This document shows, one piece after another, positions 62,768-64,000 of a stretch of DNA of 64,000 bases (its first letter is position 1; every line of letters starts with the position of its first letter). The translations under genes and the position numbers were made by a program. The notes below the pieces were generated by a model. That model was not told the DNA's origin and did not search any database. It saw nothing but the letters and a program-made list of their open reading frames with translations. Source of the stretch: Chiloscyllium plagiosum (lineage: Eukaryota); assembly GCF_004010195.1 (NCBI RefSeq), contig NC_057718.1:39662635-39726634 (forward strand), written 5' to 3'.

Positions 62768-63333
62768 ATAGAGTCATATAGATGTATAGCACGAAAACAG
62801 ACCCTTCGGTGCAACCCGTCCATGCCGACCAGATATACCAACCCAATCTAGTCCCACCTGGCCCATATCCCTCCAAACCCTTCCTAATCATATACCCATT
62901 CAGATGCCTTTTAAATGTTGCAATTGTACTATCCTCCACCACTTCCTCTGGCAGCTCATTCCATACACATACCACCCTCTGTTGCCCCCTAGATCTCTTT
63001 TACATCTTTCTCTTCTCACCCTAAACCTATCTAGTTCTGGACCCAACCAGTGAAAAGACTTTGTCTGTTTATCCTATCCATGCCCTTCATGATTTTATAA
63101 ACCTCTATAAGATCACCCCTCAGCCTCTGACACTCCAGGGAAAACAGCGCTAGCCTATTCAACCTCTCCCTATAGTTCAAATCCTCCAAACCTGGCAATA
63201 TCCTTGCAAATCTTTTCTGAACCCTTCCAAGTTTCACAACATCCTTCCGATAGGAAGATGAGCAGAATTGCACGCAATATTCCAAAAGTGGCCTAACCAA
63301 TGTCCTGTACAGTTGCAATATGACCTCCCAACT
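62768..63333 (-). mobile_element. CR1/HER1 3' fragment nested in the L1 3' region
   Basis: ORF 63031-63336 (SWEVILQLYRTLVRPLLEYCVQF...); L1 sequence resumes at about 63334. Confidence 0.87.
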
Positions 63334-63805
63334 CATGGCGGCCCTTTCTAAATTACATAGACATGGATCTGTCAGCAGTACTGATTATGGCCTTTATATA
63401 GCCACAAGAGATATATATGGTGGCCCGAGGACCCGGGGGAGGCCTAGTAAAGATGGATATAATCACAGTTGCTCCTGTGGATGGGAGCCTTGATGGAGGC
63501 GCAGCGAGTGGAGTACTGTAATATAGTACATCGTAGTGTAATTTAGTTTTAGTGGATTGTAATTTAATTTAATGTTATTTTATTTAATTTGAGTTTAAGC
63601 TAATTTGGTTTAAGTAAATATGAGACGATTGTATCTTGAATAGTAGGCAGTTTATTCTCAGCATTACTGTAATATAATATAATAGTACAATATTATTTCT
63701 ACTTTTCTGTACTTCTATAACTGTATGGCTTTTTTCAATAAATGTATATATTAAAATAAGAAATAAAATACACAGACATTTGGCAATAATACTATGGATT
63801 CTCAC

Positions 63806-63903
63806 CTGCTGTCTTTACCATTCTGCATGGCAGAGTATCGATCACTGGTCGAGCGTTCACACACATAGGTGTTCCTCCTTGTCATACTAGGGAGCATGTT
63901 ATT
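63806..63903 (-). CDS. MARK1: MARK1 spacer-domain exon (98 nt); the gene continues beyond the window
   Basis: tttcag acceptor, gtgag donor. Encodes NNMLPSMTRRNTYVCERSTSDRYSAMQNGKDS (MARK RRNTYVC motif). Phase 2 end matches the 46285 exon. Confidence 0.92.
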
Positions 63904-64000
63904 CTGAAATGTTAAATCAATTTATGTCAGTTATCTATGTTTTGTAATAAAACTACTAATTATTTTCGAAACAAAATAATTATATCTTTTGAGTTTCAGA

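Larger units (their letters stand above)
57545..63770 (+). mobile_element. Near full-length decayed L1/Tx1-clade LINE (ORF1 about 57591-58440, ORF2 from about 59031), antisense to MARK1
   Basis: ORF1 coiled coil plus NLRIL..E and YFHDFS; ORF2 endonuclease WNIKG, VDIVLLQ, GDFN; RT KAPGPDGFP, AEKAFDRVEW, RQG.PLS.LLF, ADD, PISWLGRI; AATAAA at 63737 and an A-rich tail. Many disablements. Confidence 0.88.

Noticed and set aside
367..63805. Most remaining short ORFs in the six-frame track
   Set aside because: They are antisense or alternative frames of repeats and exons, or chance ORFs in AT-rich introns.
33180..63903. Calling the kinase MARK3 because CKB neighbours MARK3
   Set aside because: Residues in four exons ([31 protein letters not shown], the 45-nt exon) match MARK1 better.

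Overview
Vertebrate nuclear DNA, most likely from a cartilaginous fish: the dominant repeats look like elasmobranch HE1-type SINEs and HER1/CR1 LINEs. Three genes are supported. (1) The last five coding exons of a cytosolic creatine-kinase-family gene (+; 1-63, 5844-6015, 7057-7180, 8956-9145, 11520-11710). Splicing and frame are intact and exon sizes match CKB/CKM, but several normally conserved nucleotide-binding residues are replaced. (2) MRPL57/MRP63 (-; one coding exon 12850-13161, probable non-coding exon 1 and CpG-rich promoter near 20060-20260). (3) Five 3' exons of MARK1 (-), including a 45-nt microexon and the KA1-domain exon. The rest is mostly retroelements: CR1, L2, a decayed near full-length L1/Tx1, tRNA-derived SINEs and Penelope-like elements (PLEs). 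There is a 615-nt assembly gap. The most interesting signals are a divergent creatine kinase next to MARK1 (a candidate third cytosolic CK ohnologue beside CKB-MARK3 and CKM-MARK4, possibly a pseudo-enzyme), and PLE-derived elements carrying minimal hammerhead-ribozyme motifs, including tiny fold-back insertions with long target-site duplications. All family assignments come from recalled sequences and motifs, not database searches; repeat boundaries are approximate.
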